This document shows, piece after piece, positions 1-13,300 of a DNA stretch of 64,000 bases (position 1 is its first letter; each line of letters opens with the position of its first letter). The notes beneath the pieces were generated by a model, which saw only the letters and a list, made by a program, of their open reading frames with translations, did not search any database and was not told where the DNA came from. A program made the translations under genes and the position numbers. The stretch comes from Obrimoposthia wandeli (lineage: Eukaryota): NCBI GenBank assembly GCA_977020255.1, contig CDROCS010002607.1:1-64000 (forward strand), in the 5' to 3' direction.

Positions 1-1219
1 GATAGAAAAAACAATAAAAAAATTAAAAAAATATTAAATAAAAATTACAAATTAAAATAATACTTCAACAATTTCCTTAATTGAAAAATAAATTAATTAA
101 AAAAGTTAATTTAATAATGTACTGTAAATTGAAATATTTCAACACTACCATATTCTAAAAATATATGCTTACACTACAAAAAAAAATATTCTTCATTTAG
201 TTTGTTATTATCACAAAACTCAATTAGTCGTCTTAAAAGTTAAACATTTTTAAATTAAATTACATAAGTTAAAAACAACCAGAAAAATATTAAAAGTGTT
301 GTCTGAGTCGATAATAATAGCTAAATTGATATTTTAATATTATTTTTATACAATCATAGCACCTTAATTACTGTGTATCCATCTCAAGATGATTAATTAT
401 TTAAAATACATAAAACACTTTGAATAACCGTATTTGATTACACATAACCTCGATTTGTTTAAATTTTGTAATTTTTTTTATCCTAAAGAAGAAATATTCA
501 AAATTATTATGACAGTATTAACTAGTTCAGGAACGATGTATCGCACCATTATCCTCACATCATAAAGTTCTAAATGTTTTTATTAATATAAATTGCTCTA
601 AATTTTTATTTTTATTTGTAAATTCAATTCTTGATTAAAAAATTATAATTTTGAAAAATGTTTTTAATTTACAAATATTTCTGTAAATATGAATAACTTT
701 TAATTAGAGGCCTCACAATTTTAAATGTGAAACGTAAATTTTGACCTACTACATATAAATTTAATTTTTTAATTTTGGAATTTCTTTTATTTGAAATGTA
801 TATTAATTTTATGCTATTTTACAATTTTGTCAATTTGTGTTTTTCTTTCGGTAGATTTTTTTTACGGTTTGTAACTTTAATTTTAGATATCAAGTTGATC
901 ATTTGAGTAATTGTTGTATGAATTGTGGAACATTATTTCAGCACTAGTTTGATTTTTGCAGTGTTTGATTTTCCAGATTTGGTAACCGTTTACAACAAAC
1001 ATATTTGGATCAGCGATTTCTGGATAACAATTATAATACAGGTAAATTATCAATGTTGAGCTCTTCGATAAAATGTTATAAACACAATTAACCAATCAGA
1101 ATGAGGTATTAACAGAATATTCCGATTGGACAATTTCAATTTTGTTTATGTGACATTTATTTGTTTCAGAATATTTTAAATGGAAATTTGCGAATAAATT
1201 GATAATTGTGTAATAATTA

Positions 1220-1384
1220 ATGATTTGCTTTACCTCCATTTTGATATTTTTAATCTGTTTTCACACATACTTGGCGAGCGATGTTGGAGTAAATTTGGCA
1301 GATTTGGATGTGTCGGTGTTTGGAGGAATGGGAGGTCAAGCAACATTTGCTGTAACATTGAAGAATGATCCAGCTGCAACATTG
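1220..1384 (+). CDS. RPTP exon 1 with predicted signal peptide
   Basis: ATG at 1220; [19 protein letters not shown] has a hydrophobic core and a small residue before SDVG; donor GTAAAT at 1385, 34-nt intron, in-frame continuation at 1419. Confidence 0.7.
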
Positions 1385-4300
1385 GTAAATATTTTATATG
1401 CCGCCATTTTATTGATAGACCCTGAATTGTGGCGGCTGTGTGAGCGCGTCTGGATCCAGTGGGAGGTGTAATAGAAATGACTTCCTCAAGTTCAAGATCG
1501 ACATTGAGAAGAACGGAGCCACTTACTCCATATCGACTAATGCAACATGCAGCAGCAGAAGGAACACAGAGACAGTCACAGCTGTGGCCATTGATGCTGG
1601 AGTGAGGCAGGTCGCAGTGCAGTGGGCCTCGTCAGCCTCGAGATTCGTGGTGGTGCTCATGGACAGGTGAGAGAGCGGCACGGCCGTCCACAGACGTCCA
1701 GAGAGCCGTCATCGGTGTCTAGAAAGAGAAAGAGCGGCGAGAGAGGATGGAGGAGCTGAGCCACATCGACAGTCGACCAAATTGTGGCCTCGCTCCTCTC
1801 TGTGTCGATGATGCTCAGACCTGACTGAAGCTCGCTGTGTCCAGGTGGAGGGCCACGATCACGGAGACCCAAGGAAGAAGCCTCACTCTGCCCGGCCTGA
1901 CGGAGAAGACGCAGTACCGCGTGTGTGTGGCCTCCATCGATGCGGAGTGGCGCACCAGCAAGTACAACTGCGGCCTGACTCTCACCGACTTCTCTGCGAC
2001 TGGCCCTGTGACTCTGACAGCCGCCTCGGCCACCTCAGACACGAGCCTCACCGTCTCCTGGCAGCTGCCCCGCTACTCGCTCGATGTCCCGCAAGGCTAC
2101 ATCGTCCTCGTCCGCGCTCTCTCGAGCAAGCAGACAAAATGTGTGGTCATCTCCCTCGTGAGTCGCTCCTCCACCATCGGCATTTCCCACTGCAGCTTCC
2201 TCTTCTTCTTCCACCGCCACTGAGCGTCTATTGATGCTCTCTCACACACATCGATATCTCCATCGTGCAGGGATCTGATGACCTCCGAGCTGAGAATCCC
2301 TGCGGCACCGCCTCAAGAGAGTCCTGGACTGAGCTGCGACCTCTGAATATCCCAAATCTGCAACCGTACACAGAATATATCATCACAATTACACCTGTCA
2401 ATGGAGATAAACTGAGAAGAGGCGCTGCTACATCTGCGTGGACTCTGGAAGGAGGTGAGTGAGTGAGTGAGTGAGTGAGTGAGTGAGTGAGTGAGTGAGT
2501 GAGTGAGTGAATGTCATTTCATACAGAAAGTGGTCCAGTGCATAATCCCACTGTCGAGCCATCTGGTACCAAACTTTTGTATCTCTCCTACAAACCGCCT
2601 CAACATCCAAATGGAGTCATACGGGAATACATCGTGAAGGTCTCCACGAGAAGCAGGATTGTGTGCCCCGAGGTCAGTGTAGAATAAATTGCGACATTAA
2701 CTCCAGCTCAGACCCCACCACAGCCATCTCAATTTAGAACAAAAGAGACTCATAAGTACATTGAGTTGAAGCAGTGCACGCATTACACGATCGAGGTCAC
2801 CCCCGTGAACGGATGGAGGAACAATGGCGGACGCGGGAGATCAGCTTCCGTATCTTACCAGAACGGTGAGTGATTCAGTGATGTCATTTGGGTCCACTCG
2901 GGAGATGATTGGAGCCAGCCAACATATTCGGTCGCTCTTTCATTATTCCTTGGCCATCGACTTATGAAGTCATCGAGATGGTCTCATCAGCTGCACTTGG
3001 TCATCGAGATGGTCTCATCAGCTGCACTTGCTCATCGAGATAGTTCCACAAATAAACATAAAATCCAATATAATTTAGCAGGCTCCAACAATGTCTACCA
3101 TCTCTAATCTGTTCCTCAAGAATGATCTAACGGTTAGATTCTAACCTTACTGGAACTTACCAATGAGAAATAGGGCCTGACACGGGGTCATTCTTGTGTG
3201 GTCTTCAACTTGTTTGCACCGGTTGGTGGAGCGTGACCTGTTGCCTATATTGATCAGGGCAGCAATTTTTATTGAGGATCAGACTCTTCCCCGGTTAAGG
3301 CATTAATTATCCTCTGGACAAATTCAGAATTTAGGACAATAAATGTATTGAAGACAGCATTTCATCTGTACGCTGTCTTCGTGTCTCAAGTTATCGAGTG
3401 AGGGTGCCCTGTTCTAAACCACCTATAAATCACCAAGTCCACAACAACAACGATACATTTCTAAATACGACAGCATGTCACAGGAGTATGGAGTATTAAT
3501 TTAATTCCCTAAAAGTCCCTAGCAACGACATTGGGTTTCTAAAAATAGAAAATATGCAGATGAAATAGCCTCTCAGTCAATCAAATAGTCCCAAAATCTC
3601 TGCGCACAGAAACGATACTGCATAATACTAATATAGTATGAGATGAGATGGTTCAGTAGTACAATGTACGACTTGCATGTAGTGAGACCCGCGGTTCAAT
3701 TTCCAGTTGATGTGGCTAATTCTATTTGGTAACTGCGTGCACACAACAAACATGTGAAGAACTCACACATGGTCCTTAGATACTCTGTTTATATTCTGTT
3801 ATTTAGGGTTAAATAAGTAAACTTTAAATCAGAAAATTGTTCAAATTGAAGAGCCAAATTAAATACCATTTACCCCTCCCGTGCCAGACACCGCCACAGC
3901 GACTGTAAGGTCCGCCACACCACTCTCGTCCAATCTGATGAGGGTGCAGTTGGAGACATCGTCACAACTCGGCTGTGGGGTCACTGCACTGGCGGTGGTT
4001 GTAAAGGAAACATCCCCACAACAGCGCTGTCTCGGTGGAGCCATCATCAGCTCGCGATACTGCGCATCCCTGAACCAGGTGGGCCATGATGGAGCTTAGA
4101 GAAGACCGAGAATGAGGAATAATGCTCATCTATTGAATCACCACACTCTTCCTCTGCAGTGGGGAATAATGCTCATCTATTGAATCACCACACTCTTCCT
4201 CTGCAGTGGGGAATAATGCCCATCTATTGAATCACCACACTCTTCCTCTGCACCCATCTATTGAATCACCACACTCTTCCTCTGCAGTGATATGCGGATT

Positions 4301-7300
4301 TTACATAAATTTTCGAAAATATTGTGCTGGTGTGTAAGTTTGCTGTGATGTTGTGTATGATTGGAAGTGGGTGTGTGTCTGGGGTGTAGTGTAATCGCCC
4401 TAACATCGTCATTCGCTGTTTTTTCATTATGAGTGCTGATCATCACTGCGAGTCGGACGGTTGTATTATGCTGTCTGTTTTCTGTATTGAATTTTTATTT
4501 CAATACTCCGCCCAGGAGTACCACTGTCCTTTAAACCCTAAGTGAAATGTCATACATGTGCGTCTAATCCACTTACAATGGAGGAGCAGGTACTCCCATT
4601 TTTTTTTGTTACTGGGAATGAAATTGACAAATCTCAAAAGTGATTAAAGAAGACCACAGGAATCCATATTGACCCTGTCGGCATATCGTAGACAATCATT
4701 ATATTCTATCTCTAATTGTGCTGCATTGTCTCTCATTTGGTTGAGCTTGGTAAATACGGGATAAAAATAAACAAATTCTTATTCCCAGAGTGTCTCTGCC
4801 GAAGTCGACTGCATCTCCAACCTGGAGAGAAGAGCTGCTAAATCTCTAGGAAACCCTCAAGTCGTGCTTGTGCCGGCCCAATACCGCGGCTCCAGCTCAT
4901 ATTCTGTCACTGTGTTCGTCTTCTCCTACAACGTCTCTGTACCATCGACCGTCTTCCGCTTCACCCCACCGTCTTCCCTCGACAGCGGTGAGATTCCCCA
5001 TTCATATTCTCCAACGAGGTTATTCACTGTTGCGATTTTGGCCCTGGACTGTTTTGTCCTCGATTAGACTAAATGAATTAGAATCTCCACAGACTGCTTC
5101 ACCGACTGCGCATCTTCAACCTACGCCGGGATCAGATCTGCTACAGACAATGGCAGTTCCTGTGGCGTGTGGAAGAACAGCAGCAGTTACAGTTCACACG
5201 CACAGGGTCCGGTCTTGGAGAGTAATATCTGCATATTGACTAATGGAACAACTCGGCCATGGTGCCCTCTGGATGGTTCTGGATACGACTACTGCGATGT
5301 TCCTCGATGTTCTGATCTCAGTCCTGGTGAGTGTAGACCACAGACAAAACTGTCCCTGCATTACGAACTTGTGTGTCTGTCTCATTTGCAGCTGGGACTC
5401 AGAATTACCGGTATCTTTAAGGTAGCAGTAAGGTTTTAAATTTTGATTTTTTTGGTACTTTCATGGTTTTGAGATTTGAGTGTTCCTTGATGTAAAAATT
5501 ACCGTAGAATCTAATGCCAATGAGAAAACCACAAAACACCTCTCCCCTGTTGAGATATGGGACAGAGTGTCACATCTGGTAGGTGGGCGTGGCTCCAATG
5601 CAACGCCTTTGGGCTTTAGAAACGCATATTCATGCTTATTTAATTTCATTTCCAACGATGCAATTATTTTGTCGATGACTATAGTCTATTTTGAGACCAA
5701 ACTTCTGAGAAATGTCTTCATGGCAAGACTCAAAACAACAACGAGTGTTTGAAGAAGGTCATTTGGAATCATTGTTGAAAGGAAAGTTTGTTGGAAGACA
5801 AACATTATTGGAAGCTGTCTTCAGTAGTGTGTCAATGTTTAATGATGGCAATGAGTCTATCCTAAAACAATTGAATAAGCTTGGTATCAGGGATATGACT
5901 TTTACTGGAGATGCGGCCAAGTCTAGTGATAAGGAGAGACTAAACTTTGCAAAGAGAAATTCATCGGACCAAGGTAAGAAAACGGAGAAAGAGACTCAGA
6001 GCCATCAGAGAGGATTTACAGACACCAAACCCATGCAGAAGACGATGTGTATGAGAGTGGCGGACATTGAATGGGTTTTCTCATTTGTTTGCTGATTTTA
6101 TCAATTTCCTGTCTTCAGCACATCTATGATCTTTGGTACAGGAAATATCTGTAACTTATGAACCAATTGATATGAAATTTGGTTTACTTGTGCACAAGAG
6201 GACACCCGAGGAATCTGTGAAACGTTTTTCATGATAAGTACCAAATTATATTTTATGAAGAACTGCTGCACTTTTCCCGCAATGTTGCTTCATAGTTATC
6301 TTATATTATATCTGAAGAGTATTCTCTGGAAATTTGATTGAATTTGGTTGGAAAGTTTTACCACATGATTGTACCAAAATTTCACCTATTTTTTTACAAA
6401 ATGGTAACCATTTTGTGGTAATTTGCATAATTTATGCATATATAAGTTTTAAATGAACTTTTATTTTATGATCAACAAAATGGTATATTAGTTGTAGTTG
6501 CATCTTAGAAAGTGTGAAAAATGGTTTTATAACCTACTTGCTACCTTAATTTTGATAGTTGCAGACTTGAATTGCGGAGTCTCCACTGAGTTTGCCTCGT
6601 CTCTGTGCAGTGGTCAGCTGCGTGTCCGGCCTCACCGTCACCACACCGAATGCCACCTCCATCCGGGCAGAGTGGCAGCCTCCGAGCGGGGTCGAGGAGA
6701 GGTCTCTGGCCGGCTATCTTGTGCTGCTGCATGACTCCAGTCGGCTCTGTCTGCAGCACTCCCTCCAGATGAGGAGCCAGCAGGTAACTCCCGCCATCCA
6801 GACTGCTGCTGACTGCTCTGCCTTCTCCATGCAGACGTATTCTTCTCTCGGGATCCGGCTGCGCAACTTCTTCCTGTCGTGTCGCGACTTCTCATCTTCC
6901 TCTCCCCGGACATTGGAGCTGCGCAAGTTCCATCTCTTCTCGGGGCTCCACAAGGATCGATCCTACACCGTGCTCGTGGTGCCCATCATCGACATGAACA
7001 ATACTGGTTCTGTTTGGGCTGTCAATATCACAACTTTGCTCGCCAGTGAGTCGCTGACACAAGTCTCAGTCAGGCACACACACTCAGAATTGTCGAAGTG
7101 CACCCGATACATATTGACGAACTCACGTACACCTGCTCAAAATGAGTATTGCTGATAGCAATATGATTAGTCTCGCTGACTCGCAAGTTGGTACTTTTAC
7201 TGTCTGATGTTAATATAATTTTAGAACTAAATTAGATTATTGTACATGAAATAAACAAGAAAATGTGATTATTTTATTAAAATTATATATAAATAGACTC

Positions 7301-10300
7301 AGTCGCCAAAAAGGTTATCTTTGTCCAAACAGTGAAGAAAAAATCGCTTTATATGGTGTTATTGATTTCTGAAGACCTGGATTTAGGGTTGTATCAAATC
7401 CAATATCTTCACTATCCGTTGATTTGTTGTGAGCTCGCTTTGAACTGGCTCGTTTTTATTCAATTTATTTTTATATGTTAGTATTTTTATAAAATAATTC
7501 GGGCACTTTTGATTTTTCACTGCACTATTCAATTTTATAACCACACTTTAGTAAAAATTCACAGACAATGTTTCTCTGCCCTGTGGCTTTGTGACTGTAT
7601 CCCTACTAAGAAGGTAATTAAACAGTTTTTATAGCATTATTGAGCTATGATAAATGTTAAGATTTGGAATTTATGAAATTAATTGACTATTTATAGGAAA
7701 AAGATAAAACCTTGAATTAAAGTTTAAATAAAATAAATAGAATAAAAAATAATAAAATGAATTTCGACACAAATATCAAAAAAAAATTAGGGCCTTGAAG
7801 AGGTCATGTATGTTGCGCTGTGTGTGAATAAGTTTAATTAATTGTAAAAAGGGCCAAAAAAATAGAATAAGTCACAAGAAATCCAAAAAGTTGGAAATTA
7901 AGATTTGCAGAGAAAGAACACACGCTGGGAGCCAGAAACAGCCGACGCCACCCAGTATCCAGACTCGGAGCCCATTAGAGCGTGGAAAGAGAGCCAGCTG
8001 TTAATCCACGACGATCGTACTGAGAGCAAAGCCAGCCGTCATCAATATCAAAGTAAGCACTTAATTTAAGGGATTTTGAGAGTTAAACAATTTTACCTTT
8101 GCAGTACAGGAAGACGGGAAAATCGTATAAAGGCGACTAGAGCTCAAATTCTAATAAGAAACGCGACTGCAACAATTTCCATTTCAGTACAGGAAGACAG
8201 GAGAAAATCGTATAAAAGCGACTATAGCTCAAATTCCGATAAGAAACGCCCCCCCCCCTTGGGGTCACCGTAACTTGGCAAATGTTATCAAGGGGTCACT
8301 GCACCAGAAAGGTTGGGAACCGCTGGTATATGGTGTGACCGATTAGTTGACCGATTATGCTAGTGGAGAGGGGATAAACATCATTCCTCCTTGCAGGATC
8401 AGTGAATCTTTATCATGTGCTGATATTTCCAATTGCGGTGGTGACAGCGGCGGTTGTGTTGCTGACCTACTTCATCAAGGCAAAGTATGTAGAATGGAAT
8501 TTATCCCGTATGAGAGGGCTCATCTTACTCACAGGGGAACCTTCTCAACTGATAATCACAGATTAATTCGAAATATACCACATAAATGATTAATGTGTTT
8601 AGACACTCTAAGTACAGTTCTTATAAAAAGGTCATTAAGCAATAATAAGAAAGTGCCTTTTCAGAACTTTCAATATGAAGAAGTTTTATTTTGAAAAATG
8701 GACTTATTTAAAAAAAGATTTTTATTTGGCTTCAGGATAAATTTAATTTGAAATGGATAATTCTAAATTATTTTGGGAAAAAATTACAGCACAATATTTA
8801 TTTTATAATAAAACTTCTGTAAGAAACGTAACGGAATCAAAAGTAGAATTATTTATGCTGGGAGATTATCTACTCAACAATACATTTCTACAAAAATATA
8901 CACAATTAGAAATAACTTTCGATAATGATTATGACTATTAATAGCATTAGGAACATTTGTACAAATCTTTGGATCCTTAGCTGTCATATCCCATACCAAA
9001 ATGCCCACCTTCTACAGACGTACTCAAAATGGCAATAATGCAAATGGTAAGCGGCAAACAGTGCAAACTCAAGCACTGCTAAGTGCACAAAACTCATATT
9101 CTGGCCTCTAATTGTCCCGTGCCCACTTTCACGTCATTGCGTGATTCAGCAATGTTGTTTAACCCCGTTTACACAATGTTGTACTGTGAAATACAAATCT
9201 CAATGCATAATTAATACATTTAACTGAACAAGGGATGTCTAAGAATAATATTATGTGCATGTGTGCAATCATTTTCCAGAAGCTGTCAAGAACGATTTAA
9301 CAGCGGTACTCATTCGGTGGAAGAAAACATGGAAGTTGAAGAAATAGAAAACAAANNNNNNNNNNNNNNNNNNNNNNNNNNNNNNNNNNNNNNNNNNNNN
9401 NNNNNNNNNNNNNNNNNNNNNNNNNNNNNNNNNNNNNNNNNNNNNNNNNNNNNNNNNNNNNNNNNNNNNNNNNNNNNNNNNNNNNNNTGAGAGTGAGTGC
9501 ATATTTAGTTTATTTCAATTAATAGTTTTATAATTTAGCTGCAGCGGTCCTTCACCCACAGAAACGGCTACAGTTCCCACAATTGCAGATATGGAGTAAT
9601 TCCCGATCTATCAAGCCTCAATTAGAAATCCAATGATGATTTTGCTCGCTGCCTATTCGCCAAATTCATGCCCAATCCATGCAGATGTATGTAACCTTAT
9701 TATGGCAAAATTGCGCTCTATTTCACAAACAGCGATTCGCATATGAATATCTTGATCAGCTGGTGTTTTTCATAGCCCACTTCAAATTTCATGAAAGTGC
9801 ATAAAATATATGAAAATAAACGCCTCACAATTTCTTCCCGTGATGAATTCGTCAATTCCCCATTCTTTATTCAAGGTCATTACAGCAAAACGATCCCACT
9901 TGCTATTTCCCATACTAATTGGCGTGTATCTCAGCAGATTGACCGGCCTCTCATGTACACACACCCTCACGTATATGGATCGGAAATATTGTTGAAAATA
10001 AAATATTATTTCAAGGTCACTGAATAATTCAGAAGAATTTCGGTTACTAATTAAAATATTAAAAGACAATAATACATTGAATATCAACATGGCCCATACC
10101 ATAAATCCAAATGATCTGGGACGTTTATTTCTCCTTATGTTAGACTGGCCACACTTATGCCAGCAGTCACACGTGTCAGGTCCATTTATAGTGAAGATAT
10201 TTTCGTCACTAAACACGCCATTGCACCAATTAAATACATTACGATCCAAGCCTTCACTGCGTCTTCTCGTTTTCTTTTCATTTCAGGAGTGTCATTTTAT

Positions 10301-13300
10301 CATTTATAACTGCTTAATCTATATAACAAATAGGGAAATTTGGAATACAAATATCAAATTAATCTTGTTTAAATGCTCATAAATAGTTACAATTTCTAAC
10401 AGAACCAGTTTTAATAGAATTACCTCTTATATATTTGTCTATATTAATAAATTAGTTTTACTATTTTTTCAGTGTAAATAAATTTGAATCTAATAATATT
10501 ATTGATTTTGAAGTTTTAATTAAATATTACAACATTTTTTATTTAACTTATTTAAAATCAAATTTTTAAATAAATTCAATAGGAATATAATTTAAAATAT
10601 TACAAAATTCAAACAATATTTAATTTTTTTATTAATAATCTTTTTTTTATAGAATATATTTAGAAAATTTTAATTTTATAATTTTTAAAATTTTCTTTTT
10701 TAATATAATAGGACATTGTTCAGATAATGACACATACCGTATTGATGTTTTCTCCAACTTATTTCATTATTGTGCAATAATTTGTAATGTAAATTTGTAA
10801 ACATAATTATATAATATTTTAATCAAAGAATTGTTTGATGTAAAAATAAATCGTCTATTAAAATGTACAAGGGTAAACCCGAAACTGGGCACCTCTGAAT
10901 TTTAAAGTGTCCAAGGCGCTATAAATATTATATTTATCATTCAAACCTGCTCAATACCTAAAACCAACTGAGAAATTTTGAATTAAAATATCAACTTAAT
11001 CTTATTTAAATGCACTTAAAGAGTTTTAATAGATTCGTTGTTAATTTAATATTATTACCTGTAGAATTAAAATATTTAAGGTTGAAGGATTCCACTCCAG
11101 ATTATTCCTTTGTTAACTGAAGCAGAATTTTTGGAATGTTTCTTTATATTATGACTTTGGGACGAATTTGTTTTGTAGGAAGTAAACATATATGTCGATT
11201 GTGTTCTCACAGCAGCCTTCCTCCATTGGGGCAACCACATTTGTATAAACTTATTTTACATAAATCTATTTGTGAAATATATTCCTATTTTGCATTTTGC
11301 ATTTGTCCCCTACTAAGTTCAATGGTTATAAAAGATTGTATTTCAAGATCTGAACAGTATTTAACAATTAAAACTTTTTTTAGTTAAAAAAATATAAAAC
11401 AATCTTAAATATTTTTACTTGAAAAACTCGAATAATACCATCATGATAAATGATTTTAATTTTAGACCATCTGTCGAAAATTTGGAAAAGAAACCGAAAT
11501 ATGAAATGAGGTAAGCTGAAAAAAACTTTAAATTTTTAACGATAATCAAAAAGAACAAATGAGCTTAATAGTAATAACAATTAAATAAAATTTGTTAGAA
11601 CGATGATCGAGAATGTGGATGAGCTGAGGCAGAACAATTTTAATTTGATTTGCCTATAATATGCCTCTGGACAGGACTGCGTATATGGCAAATTTATTCA
11701 ATAATTTTTAATTAAATTTCCGTTCTGGATCTCAACAATACTTGGAAACGCACACAATTAAATCACAACCATTGTACAGCATGAAATGCTTTCCAGTCCA
11801 TCCAAACGTACTCAGATTGGCTTAAGCTATTCTATATAATATTTGAAGAACTTTTAAATGTTTCCCAGTTCTACAGTGTTATCCAGGAAATCATTCCAAA
11901 CTAAATGAAATTGTGGAACTATTGTTTTAATTGCCTAACATTAAGTTGCCCTCGCAAAAACAACGATGGAAACCCTGCTGATGATTTGCCAAGTGGGATT
12001 GTTGGTTTACTTTATTCGATTGGCAGAATTTAAACATCGGCTCATGGTGGATTAAAATGTAGATGACCTTTACGATTGGAATCTTTAGATGCGAATTTTG
12101 CACCGATCTTATTCTTTATCGTAATTATCATAAAAGTTACATAGTTTAAGACGAGCAGAATATTTCAATAAGAACGATACCGCCTATGTGACTCTGTTGC
12201 CCGGTTCAGAAAGCGAGCCAAGCAAATACAATTGTCGGACTATGGGAAGTTGTACCTGAAGATGTCTGCTCACAACAACGTCGCCATCTTTCAGGAATAT
12301 AAGGTGGGTCTTAAATATCCCCAATTTTCTTATTGCTCTTTGTATAATGTTTCAAATATTGTAGAAATGCAATTTAGTGTATCATCTACTGTATATGCAT
12401 GCCCAGAGAATAACTGACAATCCATGAAAGTGCAGACGATAAAACAGCTGGTAGACTCTTAGTTTAGCGTCTGAAAAATTATCTTACTTGTTTATCTTTG
12501 GGCCAGATATCAACCTCAAACTGAAGTTGTGCATGAAGCTAATGTTAATCGTAATACTGTGATGGATTGGGCAAGTTTTTTAAGAGACGCATGTGAGTAG
12601 CATTGAGGATAATCCAGTGGAATTCATAATTATTCGACAATGCTAATATTACAAAAAGTAGATAAATAATTGTTATTAAGTTTAATCTTTTTTTTTAAAT
12701 AAAATGAATATAAGTGAATATTTTAAAACTAATTAAAAAGAAATAGGGCTTATGGTTAAAATAAAATATAATTATATTTAAATACTATATTAAATAATTA
12801 TATATTTTAAAATAATTCGAGTATGTTTGCAAGAGTAATTGAATAAATGTATAATATTCTCAAAAACTGAATTATCACATGATATCGTCAGTCGAAGGTC
12901 AAGGACAAAAGAAGAAACAAAAACTATCAGTGGTGTGCTTTTGTTTAAATATAAATTTGAAATATGAACGTATTGACTAAACACGAAACTAATATGGGTA
13001 CCACGCTATTTCAATTTGTCAAGACACTGGAGCAGTACCAAATTGGAGAGAATATTGAAGATTTTATCGAAGATAACCAGAGATTATACGAATTAACGCA
13101 ACCGAAAGAAGTAAAGATGCAGCATATTTGGATACGGGCATTTTTATCTACAGAAGCAACAAAGAAATGTGACGCTCAAGAACCAAAGAAGACATGTTTT
13201 CAAAGAGAGAACAACGGTAGAAAAAGATTTGACAGCTTTATTGGAGTTTAAGAAGAAGTCGATGTTTGTGTCAGATTATTTTGAAAAAATTGACAAAGAA

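Noticed and set aside
1-1200. Upstream AT-rich region and ORF 883-1095
   Set aside because: No recognisable motif; consistent with non-coding DNA.
6784-6834. Read-through of the stop-free 51-nt intron as coding sequence
   Set aside because: Strong GTAACT donor and pyrimidine-rich CAG acceptor; retention is possible but unsupported.
8535-8589. Post-TM exon ending in a stop (short RPTP isoform)
   Set aside because: An acceptor exists at 8534 but there is no independent support; the 9018-9046 exon gives a phase-compatible continuation. Cannot be excluded without RNA data.
9240-9690. Juxtamembrane exons around the first N gap
   Set aside because: Several GT-AG combinations are possible and none is uniquely supported; left unannotated.
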